58,122 nucleotides of DNA, filler included, from Jimgerdemannia flammicorona (GCA_003990765.1; 3 parts of 3 records of this genome joined end to end with filler, not necessarily neighbours in it); one strand, 5' to 3'. Positions 12,890 through 27,023 are shown, counted from the whole stretch's first letter. Numbers and translations are program-made. Notes: generated by a model not told the origin, from the sequence alone.

Positions 12890-14900
12890 TTTCTGCTCCC
12901 ATCATTCTGACTAGGTGTCAGCTGTCTGAGTTCTCAGTGACTTTTGGGTCCATTGTTATGTCTACTCCATTTCTATCATTCATAGTCTGCTTGCCTCAGT
13001 TGAATGGTCTGTTGTTTGCTCTTCTCTTCTCTCTCCCTCTTACTCTCTCTCTCTTCACTCTCTCCCCCCTTACTCCCTCTATACTCTCTCTTCTTTCTCT
13101 CCCCCAATTCTTGTCATACTATTTAATTAAGCTCACTGGACCATACAATGCCCTGATGCTGTCCTGTGCTTTTCTCTTTTATTCAATAGACTGTCATCTC
13201 TTTCTTAGTACTCTCTTATTGCTTGTTCATATCTTTCTTCTATTTCTTCACTTATCCTTCACTTTTATTTTGCATTTTTGTCACCTTTGGATATCTCTGG
13301 CTCTGCCAGAGAGATTAAAAAACATCCTGGCCCCCTCCAGGATCTCACACTCTCTCCGGGGTCTCAGTCTTCACTCTACTCCCCTCTACTGCCTTTGGCC
13401 CCTCAGCCTTACCTTGAGCTCACTGTGGCTTACTCTGCTTGACCTCACTTCTTGTTTCTGCTCACCTCTTTAGAGTCTGTAGATGTTTTTTAATCTCAAT
13501 TTGGATTTGTTTATTTCTGATTTTTATTCTCTCTCTGGGATTAGCTTCTCCCTTATCTTTATATAACATAAGGTTCTTAATCCAGTTATCTCTATATTGG
13601 AGTATATCATTCCTTTTGAGACTTTTTATTTGTATATAAGGACTATGCTTTTGTGTAGTAATAAATAACAGATACAATTTCTGCTCTGTTCTTTGTCTAT
13701 TCTTATTTCTCACCTTTCTTATATCTCACCTCCCCTCTGTCTCCTTCTAGCCCTCTCTTGGCTCCTATTGTATCCCCTCCTATACTGCTTAGGTATTGGC
13801 TCTCTCACCAGTCCTTCTGGCTCTCTCCTGACTCTCATTGCACCCCCTCTTACTACTGCTACTGCTTCTGCCTCTAGGACTCCTACTGCTGATGCAGTCA
13901 TAAAAAATACTCTTTCTGTTTCCCCCTCTACCTGCTTCTCTCCTATCAATGTGTCTTTTAATACCTATACATCCTCTACCAATCTCTCCCTCTCTCTTGA
14001 CCTTTGCTCATCAGGCTATCCACTTATTGCTCAGTTCCATTTCATTCTAGCTCTCTCTGCTAAGAAGACTCATCTTTACTATGATGTCAATGCCATGGAA
14101 ACTTCTGTCATAACTAAGATTGCTACTGCTAATGTAGTATATGATGCTACTGTCATAGCCTTCCTCTAATTTCATATAGACTACACTACCTTTGTGGCTC
14201 TTACTGCCTATCATCTTGCTGATACTGCTCTCTTCTATAGCTTTTTAGCCAATGACATTCCTTCTGCTACCACAGATATTAATGCTGTTCACTATTTCCT
14301 TATCACTAGCTATTCCTTCTTATCTCACCTTCATGAGACTGAGGCTAGCCATACTACTGCCACTGTCTATACTGCTGCCACTACTACTTCTTCCACTTCT
14401 CCTGAGGTTTCAGTCACTGAGACTATTTAGACTGAGGCTTGGGCCACTGCCCATACTGAGGTTTAATTCTAGGCTATCACCACTACTTTCAAGGACCCTA
14501 AGTCTACTAAGACCCCTTCTGCCAAGGAGTCTTTGGCTTCTTACTCTCCTTTTCCTACTGCTAAGGCTGCCTCCCACTATGGTTACTCTCTTGATATTCA
14601 CTCTGTGGGCTCCTGGCCCTGCTCCATCTGCTCTCACCTCCTCCACTAAGTATATTAGCACTCTGCCAAGTCCACCTACCTATATAGTGGTACTCCTCTA
14701 CTGGCTGCTGCTTCTGCCACTGCTGTCTTCTCCTCTTCTAAGACATCATTATATCTCTGCTCTCTCTCTTCCTCATTTATTATCTCCTCTAAGTCCCATT
14801 CCCCCTATATCCCTGAGTACAAATATTGCATGAAGACCTGTGGCTATAAGATCTAATATTCAGATAGGGTCTGCTCATAGTCATCTATCTCACCTTACTC
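12890..14900 (-). mobile_element. Probable non-LTR retrotransposon ORF1 relic (separate family)
   Basis: Purine-rich minus strand encoding basic and Ala-rich peptides; 12895-13830 is duplicated at 16525-17455. No catalytic motif is recognisable. Confidence 0.45.
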
Positions 14901-14949
14901 AAAAAAAGTCCATGTGAAGGAAAATTTCTTCTACTTTTAAACTTCTCTT

Positions 14950-16520
14950 TAGCTTGGTTCTCCCTTGATATCTCAGTCCCTTCTCAGATTCCATCATTAC
15001 TTCTGGTATGCCCTGAGTGATTCCTCATATTGTTCCCCCTTTGTCTTTTCCAGTTATTGTCTAGAATTTTCAGGGCTATTCTTCAAGGGCTCTTTTGTCC
15101 CCTCTTTTCTCTTAGTCTGAATGCCCTCTTACCTCTCTTCAAACTTTTGCACTTTCTTTAGATCCTCACTTCATCTTTCTGGTAACTTATTCCCAATTCT
15201 TCTTTATTGATCCAGCTCATCTCAAGTACTTTAATTGTACTCTTGATCTTGCCAACTTCTTTAAAGGTTATACTAAGTTGCCCTCTTATCATTTTTTTTC
15301 TAGCAAATGGGTTCTTCCTTCTAATATCTCTTTACACTGCATATTCCATGATATGGCTTACTCACTGACTCTTCCAGATTGTACTTACTCTTGTCTAATT
15401 TCAGGCTATACTGTATATACCATACTTAAATCAGTCAAGTAATTATATTTACATTTGCTTATAGTTACTGATAAGAACTAAGGTTTTGCCCTCATTTCCC
15501 ATTCACTTTACCTTGGTGACCTTACTGCTCTCCTCTATACCACAGCCTATAAGCCATATACCCTTGGATTAGATGAGATACTCTCTCTTCTCTGGGTTGA
15601 TCTGGCTTATATTGCCTCACTTTTGGATTCTCTGTTTGCACCTCCAGTTTTTCACTTCTTCCAGGACTCTTTGTAATTGCTAGATATTCATCTTCTAGTT
15701 TTTTATACTATTTCTAAGGTTTACAAGCCTACTTTGGCTTAGCATCCCATTATAGCTGCTTTTTACTTACCTACCACTGAGATGTTGAAATAGTTGTTTT
15801 ATTTCTTCCTCTCTTAGATGCTCTTCTTTAGCATCATCTTGGGCCTGAGTATACTATTCTTTATGATACTCAGGAGCTTGCACTTCTCTATTCTACTATT
15901 GTGCCTATTCACTATTTTCCCCACTTGGCCTCTGGTGATTTCTCCTCCTTCTACAATACAATTCATTTTGATAAGATTGAAGATTGTTTTTACTTCTTGG
16001 GTTCCATTATCTTTCCTTTGGATTCTTCAGTTTTGTTGGCCTCTATTATTGAGCTCATGTTTCTCTTCTGCTGCTCTAACTACTTCAAGTCAGCCTTGGC
16101 TCTTTTCACCAGACTACTGATATTACTATGGAAATGAATTATACCCTACCCTTGCCAATCTTATTGGGCTTGGCCCATGAACTTCAGATATTGTATGATC
16201 ATTCTTTACCTCTTGCTGTTGCCTTCTGAGCTAGAGATATCTTCTTTTGCCATTACATTAATAACTTTATTGTTCTCACTATTACTGGCATCAATATTTC
16301 TAGTATATTTCATAGCATCTACCCTCTCTATCATTCTATTATATGGGTACTTAGTAGGACTGATATCTCCTTTTTGAACCTTTCAATTTCTCTTTCTCTC
16401 TTCTGAACTATTGTTTATTTCAAATTCTCTCCTTCCTAACAGTACTCTGACTATTATTTCAATTATCCTTATTATACTCTTCATGAGTATATTTGCAGTG
16501 AGATTCATCATCTTGCTTTA
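14950..16520 (-). mobile_element. LINE ORF2 3' relic
   Basis: Minus-strand remnants of the RT thumb (KY-LG-I-like, ~16290-16310) and a C-terminal CxxC...E...H knuckle (~15305-15345). Heavily mutated. Confidence 0.45.
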
Positions 16521-16524
16521 TACT

Positions 16525-17455
16525 ACTCTCATCATTCTGACTGGGTATCAGCTATCCAGATTCTCAGCAACTTCATAGTCTATCACTATGTCTACTCTAT
16601 TTCTATCATTTATGGCCTGTTTGCCTCAGTTGAATGGTCAGTTGTTTGCTCTTCTTTTCTCTCTCTATTTTATCCCCCCTCTCTTCCCTTCCACTCCCCT
16701 TATCCTTTCTGTACTCTCTCTTCTTTCTCTCTTCCAATTCTTATCATACCATTTGATCAAGCTCACTGGGCCATGCAATGTCCTGATGCTGTCCTGTACT
16801 CTTCTCTTTCATGCAATAGACTGTTATCTTTTTCTCAGCACTCTCTTATTGCTCATTTGTGTCTTTCTTCTATTTCTTCACTTATCCATTGCTCTTATTT
16901 TACATTTTCATTACCTTTGAGTACCTCTGGCTCTACCAGAGAAGATTAAAAAACATCCTGGCCCCCTCCAGAGTCTTATGCTCACTCTAGGGTCTTGGTC
17001 TTCACTCTGCTCCTCTCTACTACCTTTGGCCCCTTGGCTTTACCTCAGGCTCACTGTGGGTTACTCTGCTTGATCTCACCCCTCACTTCTGCTCACTCCT
17101 CCAGAGTCTGTAGATGTTTTTTAATCTTGATTTGGATTTATTTGTTTCTGATTTTTATACTTACTCTGAGATTGGCTCTCCTCTTATCTTTATATAACAT
17201 GAGGTTCTTAATTCAGTTATCTCTATATTATAGTATATTATTCCTTTTTAGGACTTTGTATTTATATATAAGGACTGTTCTTTTGCATAGTAATAAATAA
17301 TAGATATATTTTCTTCTCTGTTCTTTGTCTATCATCTTTCTTATATATATTTCAACTACTCTTTATCTTCTTCTTTGACTATGGCTCAGGCTTTGGCCCT
17401 CTCATCAGTCCTTTCAGCTCTCTCCTGGCTCTCATTATACTCCCTCTTACATACT
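16525..17455 (-). repeat. Second copy of the 12895-13830 segment
   Basis: Colinear direct repeat whose differences are mostly C/T and G/A transitions. Confidence 0.85.
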
Positions 17456-17459
17456 ACTT

Positions 17460-18211
17460 CTACTGAATTATATTCTGTTAATATATGAATCTCTAGAGAC
17501 TCAGATCTAAATAAAGCCCAATAATATCTTGAAAAAATTTAATATTTTCAGGTTTTTTGCTACTAATAAGAATTAAAGGAGTACTATAAGATAGAATACC
17601 TTATCTGTCAATAAGCTACTCTCAGTACTGCTAAATAACAAGTCTACCTTTTTATTAATAATTATATCTAAATAGTTGCCAAAAGACTCTATGTTTTTTC
17701 TGTACTCAATCCTAAGTTCTTGACCTCCTCTATAATGTATTCCTCAAGAATATTATTAGTTTGAGTAATGAACAATAGAGTGATATTGTTTTTTAAGTAG
17801 TTCAGTATACTGCCCTTCAGTTTAATAAGTATCTAGAGTTTAGTGCTAAGTCTAATGAGTAGGCTCTGGTAAAGAAGAGAAGAATATAATAAATTATTAT
17901 ATACTTATAAGCCTCTGGAAATTCTGTATGAAAATTTCTATAGAAATTTCTACTAGTAGTCATAGTTACTCAAAATAGTATATATATATATATATTCAGT
18001 ATATTATATTTAGTCATAGCCCCAAATATATATAAATACTCTCTATACTAAGTATATTGTAATCTCAGCTCTACATTTTCTAAATATAAGAATAAAGTAG
18101 TATTCTTATTACAGAATCTTCAGACCTAACTTTTTAATAATTCTGAGCCTAATTAACTTAAGATATAAGTATAGCTTCCATCAGTACAAGAATCTAAAAG
18201 TGATATCTAGA
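17460..18211 (+). mobile_element. Third copy of the family C 3' region (accessory ORF relic)
   Basis: Colinear with ~5790-6555; encodes KEYYKIEYL...VAKRLYV. Confidence 0.8.
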
Positions 18212-19309
18212 CAGACTTCTTTCTCTCGAACCATACCGGTCAAAAGGTCTGGGTGGAAATTGGATCCCTATGGTGCAGGGGAAGGGGGGCCATTAGTGCC
18301 CTGAGGTTGGGTGTGCCAGAAGCGGCGAGAGAAGAGGAGTCCAATGGTGTCGAGTTGCCCCAACCTCAAGGCTACAGTTTTCAAGAATTCAAGGGTTTCA
18401 TCATTTCATAGGCTAGATGGTGCAAGGCAGGCTCTGGGAGCCACTGGCAAGCACTCAAGGAGATGTAGAGTCCTACATCTGGCGACGTGGCCGGCTTCGT
18501 GGTGAGCATCCGATTCACTGGCATGCTCTGGCGGGCTGGGGGATGTGGGTCAGGCCCTTAGGCTTTCTTCACTCAGGGGGGGACTTTCACTGCATCCTCA
18601 AGGCGTAGAGGTGTACTGGGGGATTTCGGAAGGGGCTCGGAGGATTTCGGAAGATGCAGCTGATGATTGGCTAAGGTGGATAAGGTGATCTCGACACATG
18701 TAGTGATGGTGACTAGTGATTGGTAGATGCAGGATGGTGCGATTCAAGATGGCAGTGACGATTGGGCCAGGTGATTGGCTGGCAATGGTGTGATGATCAG
18801 CAGGGAAATCAGCAGGTGACTACTTCGCCGCTTTGGGGAGGGAGGAGCCGGTAGGCCAGGTGCATGCTGCAGGGGTACTCGAGGTACTGGGGTCGCGTCC
18901 AGTGGCCCTTTGGGGTAAGACCAGGTATGATGGCGGTATCACTTGAGGTGCTGGTGTCATAAGCCAGACGGTGACTTCTGACTTAGAGTTGGGCAGGGAG
19001 AGTGGCGGTCGGATGGCAGACCCATTCGTTAAGTATGTAGATTGGTGCTGGGCAGCCAAGGTGGGGTGGAGTAACTCATGGTTGGGGTTTATCAGGCCTG
19101 CATGCCGTTTCATTTCTCTTCATTGTATATATTATTTGTATGAGGGGGCCGGTTGTGGCCTTGGTGGTGCATTGTTATGGGTGGGGAGGGGGGGGTGGGA
19201 GCGGCTCAGGGCAGAGAGAACCAGGCCCTGGTCACCTTGGCTTTGCTAAGGTTAGGTATCGGGTAGCCCGAGGCTACTCTTTTCAGGGCCTGACCCCACT
19301 TACTTTCTT
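18212..19309. other. GC- and CpG-rich unclassified segment that escaped hypermutation
   Basis: Dozens of intact CpGs against near-zero in the left flank. Cluster of ATTGG (minus-strand CCAAT) at ~18666-18779. No recognisable protein motif. Confidence 0.5.
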
Positions 19310-19409
19310 NNNNNNNNNNNNNNNNNNNNNNNNNNNNNNNNNNNNNNNNNNNNTTAATTAATTAANNNNNNNNNNNNNNNNNNNNNNNNNNNNNNNNNNN
19401 NNNNNNNNN
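19310..19409. other. Assembly spacer (44 N + TTAATTAATTAA + 44 N)
   Basis: 100-bp construct with stops in all six frames, identical to 38717-38816. Confidence 0.97.
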
Positions 19410-19908
19410 GTCTCAGTTCTGGCAGAAGTTAGCTAGGTTTCTGGAGTTTAGTCAGAAACACTAGAGTCACTTAGATGTCATTACTAAGACTCAGGGGAAT
19501 GTGTGTGTGTGGGGGGGGACTTGATTCTTGTATCAAGGACTGAACTAAAACTGCTTTATTTTGGATGGAAACTGGGGGGTATTTATACAAGTTGGTCTGC
19601 GATTTCTGACTATGTATGAGTGACTAATTTGGTAACTATAATGAGGTTTGTGATTGCAACCTTTGTCAGGTGGTTTTGGATAAAGAATATCTTGTGATCA
19701 GGACCTCAATTACTAGGTAATGATCAGCAGCTGTGGCAACTGTTGCTGTGGCGCCAGTTGTCAGAGATAAGCTAAATATCGTTTTTCCGCATCGTTCGCA
19801 TTGTTTGTTATTCATATGCCATGCTCGATCATATGATGACGTCATTGCTGGGTTATGTAATTGTTCATCTCATCACATCCCATCTGTTTGCTCATTCGTT
19901 CTATTACA
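19410..19908 (-). mobile_element. Partial LTR of family A, truncated by the gap
   Basis: Reverse complement of ~29939-30431; begins TGTAATAG at 19908. Confidence 0.95.
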
Positions 19909-22715
19909 CCTCCTGTCTCACAACTGCCACAAATTGTTCCCTCTCCTTCTTCCTTCAGAGTAAGGCCACATTGAGACACCAGCACTCTCTACCACCACCT
20001 ATAGCTTGGAATCTGCCATATATCTCTACTCCCCAATGATCAGACCAAGGGCACCAATGCACCCCTGCAATATCCAGCATATTGCTCCAACACTCAGCTA
20101 CCAGCACCCAATCTATTCATGCCCTAACTAATTCTTGACTAACTGAGTGCCACTAGGTAAAAGGTCCTGACTCCTCCCCCTGACACTGATGAACGCCATC
20201 CACCAATCCCATGTTATGCTCCACCTGAAGCCATCTAGATAGTCCAGAGGATACTGTGACCTCTGCCCCACTATCAGATCTATCCAGTATTTGATCATAC
20301 ACCATATTGAAGTCCCCCCCCAGAATGTTCAAAACAACCATCTCCTAGCCTTCCCAGACCTGTCATCTCTCAACCCATTGCTTTTGCTCTCTGCTAACCA
20401 CAGGAAGGTAAACAGAGCCTACTGTCAAACTGTCACCAGCCCCTCCTTTTAGCCTGCCCTACACCAGTCTGTTGCCATAGACCTCTACCTCCGCCAGCTC
20501 ACCTTTGTCTATACCAATCAAGATACCCACCTGCTTATTCCAACCTGCTCCACCATACCATTCTTTACTCTATACCTCATAGTCTTGCTCCCCATAAGCT
20601 CGAACATTCTGAAGAAAAACAATATCATATCTCCTGACTTTGAGCTATTAGAATAGTTGCTGTCCTTAATACCATCACACAATCTATTGACATTGATCGA
20701 TAAAATATGTAAACTGTTCATCATCATCAAAGAAAATATTTAAAGCTCAGCTGGGACTGCCACTACCTTCTTAGCCCTTCCTCTAATGATCTCTCATTGG
20801 TCCTTACAAATCATCCTCCAGATATGATCACTATTCACACTACTGCAGAAAAGATCCACTCTTTCAGCTGCTATCTTCCTGATATCTGCCATTCTGCTCT
20901 CACCAACTTCATATCCTTCATCATCCAGAAGAGCCACCACCATCACTGTTACCAGCTTGGGCCCCTATATTGCAACATTGAGAAATCCTTCCCAAGCCTT
21001 CTGAGATCTATGAAACACATCCACTTTCTTGATATTCTCCTCTACAAGTCTCTCAAGCACTGCCTGATACCAGTTCTTCACCATTATTGTCAGGGGCCCA
21101 GGAGTCAATGGTCTAGGAATCCTGCTTAACTCTTGCAGCTGCTCTCTGTCTGCTGACACATTGGAGGCCACATCCACCAGCTCATCCTCCTCTACAACCT
21201 TCTCCAAATGCACCACCTCCCCAACCTCAGGGCATTCCCAATGAACATTCGCCACCCCAGCCATATGGGTATCCTCTAACTGAGTCTCTGGTACTACTTC
21301 AAAACATTCTCAAAGCCCCCCTCACCCACCTCCTCCTTATCCACCCACTTTCCTCTCATTGGCACATACTTGGAGCTTTTCACACTACCCAGCTGAGAGA
21401 AAGACACCTCTGCTACTTTGACTCCTTCCATCTGATTCTTGACCACCTCCACTCTCATCTCCTCTTCCAATGCTGCTCCCTGAAGGGCTGTTTACAGACA
21501 CTCCCAATTCTCTTTCCTCTATCTTTTCTGCTTGCCATCAGCTTGAATCCAGACCCAATCCTTGGTGAACTCTTCCTATATCCTCTTTTGCAGCTCCTTG
21601 GCAACCTCTCTCTTCTCCAGAGCAATTGTCAGCTCTTCCTCCTCCTGTTCGGCTCCTTTTCTCCTCCACACCTTGTACTCTTGCCCTCCAATCTGGATCT
21701 CCTCCAGCCAATCTCATCCCAACCCAGTCACCTCCTTGTCTTCCAGTTGCAACATCACCTCACAGTTGCTATTCCTCAATTTGGTGCCCTCCCAAAACAT
21801 GAAACTGAAATCCACCATCTCACCATAGCTCTCCAGTGCCTCACCATCTTCTTGATCTCCTGTCTACCCAGGGTTGGCAGGCCTTCCACTACCTGCCACA
21901 CAGCATACAGGTCCTACCTCAAACATCTTGCCATCCCAATCCTGATGCCCTTGACAGTCAGCCCTTTCTTCAGTACCTTTATCATCACATCCTTCTCTAC
22001 AAATCCAATCACCACTGTCTCTGCTGAAGGGATAAACTTCAAGGACTCTACGCCAGCCACTTCATCCCCCACCAGTCGCAGAACCTCTCTAGCTGACATT
22101 TCCAAACCCAGGAAGTTTGCCAAAACTGCCCATGTCAATACTGACTTATGAAAGAAGGGCCACACCACTAGCTTGCCCATTTCAGCTATCAGAGTCACCT
22201 TCTCTTTGGTCTCTGAGATACCAGCAGTCACTTCACTAGCTACAACTGTACCATCAGCAGTCCTCTCCCCAGCCACCAGTCTAGCTCCAGAAGAACCAGT
22301 CTCTGACATCACACTACCAGACCCCTGCCCCCTGCTAGACACCTGGCCCATCACCTGACCTGTCACCTGACCCCTCCCCCTGTCAACACTATGTCCCCCC
22401 TGTGTCACCTCTAAGGACTTGGCTGCAACTCTCCTACTCTCCACCACAGTATGCCAGGCCTCTATTCCACCAGACCTCCCCTGACCACCAGCCCCTCCAG
22501 CAGCCATGCCAGCCCCTGCAACAGCTGCAAAGCTCTTGAGAAGGCCCAGACCAGGTCTCCTCCTCTCCAGACACTCAGAGCTAGAGGAATCTTGACTAGC
22601 CATATTACCAAAACTTGACAGATTTTGCTGAAACTTATTGTACCTTGTAGATAGACTCCCACTGCACAATGTACACCAGTACATTCAAAATAAAAACTTG
22701 AAAATGTATTGTCTT
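19909..22715 (-). mobile_element. L1/Tx1-like LINE, 5' part (ORF1 plus APE endonuclease), cut by an LTR insertion
   Basis: ORF1 relic from 22684. ORF2 starts ~20727 with LHILSINVNRL, then VFLQDV, VGSVYLP, LGGDFN, RIDWVL and WSDH. Confidence 0.9.
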
Positions 22716-22719
22716 TTAC

Positions 22720-25700
22720 TGAAAGATATCTGTGTGACTTAGCTCACTCTGAGTAGTATGAGCAAATGAAGTCTATAGGGATTGATACCTCTATGCTGGG
22801 TATAGGAAGACCAGATACCCTTGGGGGAAAGGATGTTGGGGACCTATGGTGGATGTGTTGTATTATGCACAACTTAGCAGAAGAGGAGTTGGGTGAGGTG
22901 GACTTGAGAGTTGTCAGTGAGGAGTATTGAAAAAGGGTGCTTCAGAGCAAGAGTGTGGTAGAGGCTCTCAAGGTTGAGGTATTGGCAATCTTCATAGAAG
23001 AGGAGGGGTATGAGGTTGATGAGACAAGGAAGAAATAGTTGACAGTAACTGTGGGAGAACAGGCTGTATTCTAGTGGGAATAGAGGAGAGGACTTCAACT
23101 CTAGCAGAGTGTGTACCAGAAGTATAGAGACACAATAGAAAAGAAGGAGGATGTGGAACTGACTGACCTTCTGACTGGATTGGAGACAGATAAGCTTGCA
23201 AGGGTGGAGTCTACTGAAGAGCAAAGAATAGATCTAGCAAGAGAGGAGAGGACTGAGTTAAAAAGAGACCATACTTCTAAACATTATTCTCAATGAACAG
23301 TACAACTAACATTTTTTCTCTGAATGTGAATAGGTTATGGAGATCTGGGTAGCATAAGAATATTTTCACTTAGCTTAAGGGATTGGAGGCTGATCTCTTT
23401 CTGCTGCAGGATGTGCATTGTAAGGATAATATAGATCAAGTGGAGTAGACTAGAGAATGGGGAGGAGCTACAGCTTGGATTGGCAAAGTGGTGATTTTGG
23501 TGTAGAGGGGTAAAGGGAATTTGAGTAGAGTCAGGAGCTGGGAAGACCATTTGGTATAGGGGGAATGATATTGACTAGGGTGGGAGCCAGTGAGAGTTGG
23601 CTCTTGCTACTGCCCTATGGCTAGGGGTGAGCAGATTATATAGATGAAGGGTCTTTTAGAGAAGGGCACATCCTTGGAGGATGGAGTGGATGTTCTGAGA
23701 GATGACTTCAATATGGTACAGAATCTTCAGTTAGATAGAACTGATGAAGGGAGGAGTGCTAGTAGAAGGAGTGGTGGCCTGAATATATGGGAGGAGGTGG
23801 AGAACCTTAGCTCCTTAAGAGATATGGGCAGAATGCAGTGGAGAGAAAAGAGGATTTATACATACTGGGTAAATGGCCTAGATATAAGGATTGACTGAAT
23901 ACTGACAGCTGAATGCTGGGGCATGGATGTTTAGAGGACTCTGGGGGTAGAGTGGTGTCTATGGTCAGATTACTGGAAATTGTTAGGATAGGGGCAGTTT
24001 GGGAGGAGTGGAGATAGACCCCAACATTGGTGCCTTAGCTCAACTCTGCTGGCTGAGAAGATATTGTGGGACCCTTGGGTGGAGAACATTTAGGTGAAGA
24101 TCACTAGCTGGATACATGAGGGCTTGCCAGTAGATGTCTGGTAGATGAAGTTGAAAGAGACTATGAGGGTTTACTAGAGAGGAGCTGGTAGGGATACTGG
24201 GAGACAGAGAAGGGCAAGAGTGAGGTGTGCTTCCAATAGGTCGATTAGATTGCAGATAGAATGGACTGATTTGATAAATTCTGGAGAGATGGATAATTGG
24301 AGGTTAGTGCAAGCTAAACTGGAAGTAGTAGAGTTACAACAAGTGTTTAGAGAGGAGAAGAAGATGTGTATGAAAGGAATAGTAGCTAATTTGAGATAGT
24401 AGAGGCTTGAGGAGGGGGGGAGGTCTACTAGGTACTTATCAAGGCTCCTCCAGGCAAGAAGGGTGTAACATCAATGAGATGGGGTCCTTGATGCAGAGGG
24501 AGAAATGGTACATGGTACACAATAGATCTTCAGGTTACTAAAGGAGCAGTGGAGGGGTCTGTGGAGTGAGGAGGAAGAGAGTGCTGATGTAGAGGCAATT
24601 GGAGACACTCTGGAGAATTGAGAGCTACCACAAGTAGAGGGCCTGGGGAATTTGATCCTACTGGTTCAAGGAGAGGAGATCCAGAGAGTCCTTGTGGCAA
24701 CTAAGCTTGGAATGGCACTAGGAGAGGATAGACTACCTTGGGACTTTTGAAAGAAGATGGTGAGAGTCCCTGGAGTGTTAGGAGAAATGACAGCCCTCTG
24801 TGATCTTGTTCTTTTGAATGATCAGTAGATGGGAGGGCAGGACCTAGGGCTGGTGGCCCTGTTGTACAAGGACAAGAGAAGGAGAGAGGATTGGAAGAAC
24901 TAGAGACTAATCATACTTCTGGATATAGACAGGAAGATGGTTACTAAGGTAATTGTAGTAATATTACAGAAGGTTGCCCAATAGGTATTGGGTAAGGAGC
25001 AGCAGGGCTTTATTGAAGGTAGACTTATCAGAGATGAGATGGCCTGGGTCCATGGCATTATTGAAGGGGCACAGGCTAGTAGATTGGATGGGAGACTGGT
25101 CTTTTTGGACCAGAAGAAGGCCTATGACCATGTTTGGCAAGTGTGGCTGGGCAAGATGCTGGACAGAATATGAGTTCTCTCACTATTTTGAGCTTCTTTG
25201 TTGAATCTGTTGAAGGGTAGTAGGGCAGCACTGATGTGTAATAGCTACCAGGGTATGGCATTTCCCTTGGGGAGAGGAGTTCCTCAGGGGGATCCACTGT
25301 CTCCTATTCTATATACCCTTTCATTAGAACCTTTGATGGATAGGATTTGGTAGAAGGTGGTAGGGCTTACTATTTATAATATGGTGTGGAAGGTGGGGGC
25401 CTTTGCAGATGATATAGTGGTTGGACTTGGATCAGTGGCAGATGTTGAGGCTCTTAAGGAGATGGTAGAATAGTATGAGGCATACTCTGGAGTGCAACTC
25501 AACTGGCATAAATATGAGACAATGATATTGAGAAATAGGTTAGTGGAAAGAGATGTCATTGGAACAATTATCCCAGCAAGAGAGACAGTGAGGTATCTGG
25601 GCATCTTCCTTTCAGTATATATATCTGTCTTGCCATAAGTATAGTGGGAGAGGAGGGTGGCCATCTCAGGAGAGGCACTTAGAGGTTGGGGAGGTCACCA

Positions 25701-27023
25701 TATCTCCCTGGCAGGCTGAGTATTGATTCTGAATATCTACTGGTTCCCTAAGCTGTGGTATATTGCCTATTACTTGGACTTTCCAGCTTGGATGGTGAAG
25801 AGACTAATGAGGCTGGCTAGGGATTAAATTTGGGCTAAGAGGTGGTCCCAGATCAGTTGGGATACCCTTTCAATACCAGTAGTTCAAGGAGGGCTAGGAC
25901 TGGTGGATTTTCCTAAGAGGCTGCACTGCCTGAGAGCTTGGTGGTTGAAGCAGGCTGTAGAACTGAGGGGAGGGGGATGGGTGCTGCTGATGCAGAAGGT
26001 GTGAGAGATGAGATTCTCTCTAAGAGGGTCCTGGGAGGATTTGCTATCCCTGGTAGGCCTGGGTGGAAGCTATTGGCTACAGTATAAAGGCTTCTAGTGG
26101 GGGGGGTAGCAGATAGAGCACATCACATAGGCTTGTACTGGTATAGTAATAAAGGAGAGATGCTGTGGAGACCAGTTATGTAGAGATGGGACAGACTGCT
26201 TTTAGGGGGCACTCTACTTATTGAGTTTAATATTAGTGATAGAGTAGAGTATCAGTGGAGACTTGGTCAGAATCTTTGACCTAATAGTTGGCAAGTAGTG
26301 GAGATTGACAAGGAGTGGGATTGGGCAGGAGTCTGGGCATGGAGTGCTGAGGTGCAAAGATGGCTTTCTCCCAAGTACTGGATAGTATGGTGGAGGATGC
26401 TAAGGAGAAATGTCATATTGAATTTCCATGCTAGGCATCTGGTGGATGGTGGCCTACTAGAATGTGAAGAGTGCTACAATGTAGAACAAGTTGGGAGATT
26501 TGTGCAGATACCAGAACATTGGCTGTGAGAGTATGAGGTTCTGGGGGACTTTTGGATAGTGGTAGGGGACTAGCTGGGTGTGAAGAGGTGACCAGATGGA
26601 GAGAGAGATTGCTGGGAAGATTTGAGAACTAGGTTGGTATGAGGGGTGAGCAATGAATGGCTCACTGTAGGGTGGGATTTAGCTGTATGGGTAGGGCTGA
26701 CTAGATATTGGCTCTTTGTTTTTGAGAAGGGGCAATAGCTGAGTTTGCAGGAGAGGTTGTTAAGATGGGAGGGATTGATGGAAGATATACTGACAGAGTG
26801 GTAAGTTGGATGGGATCTCCAGGGTGGGCATTGCTATTGTCTGGTGAAAGAGATTTGTAAACAGAGTGGCAGGCAGGTGGAGGTAATTAATAATCTAGTG
26901 ATCTTTAATCAAGAGAGTGTGGGGGGGCCTCTAGGGAGATTGGATAGGGGTGGGCTCAGTGTATTATATATGGAATAGACAGATGTATTAATAAAGAAAG
27001 GAGTCCAAGAGACTATAAAAAAA
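22720..27023 (+). mobile_element. L1/Tx1-like LINE (ORF1 tail, full ORF2 pseudogene, 3' end)
   Basis: APE motifs DDFN, RID, WSDY. RT motifs QQGFIEGR, LDQKKAYDHV, RGVPQGDPLSP, AFADD, YLGI and GGLGL. C-terminal CEEC...EH. AATAAA at ~26990 and a short A tail at ~27016. Confidence 0.93.

Noticed and set aside
12937..17300. Many Leu/Phe/Ser-rich plus-strand ORFs resembling membrane proteins
   Set aside because: They are antisense shadows of purine-rich minus-strand LINE sequence, low complexity and without motifs.
19222..19293. Hammerhead ribozyme on the minus strand
   Set aside because: The core reads CUGAAAA/GAUA instead of CUGANGA/GAAA and lacks a properly placed UH cleavage site.
19354..19365. 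TTAATTAATTAA palindrome as a biological site
   Set aside because: It is centred in N runs and repeated at 38761-38772, so it is an artificial spacer.
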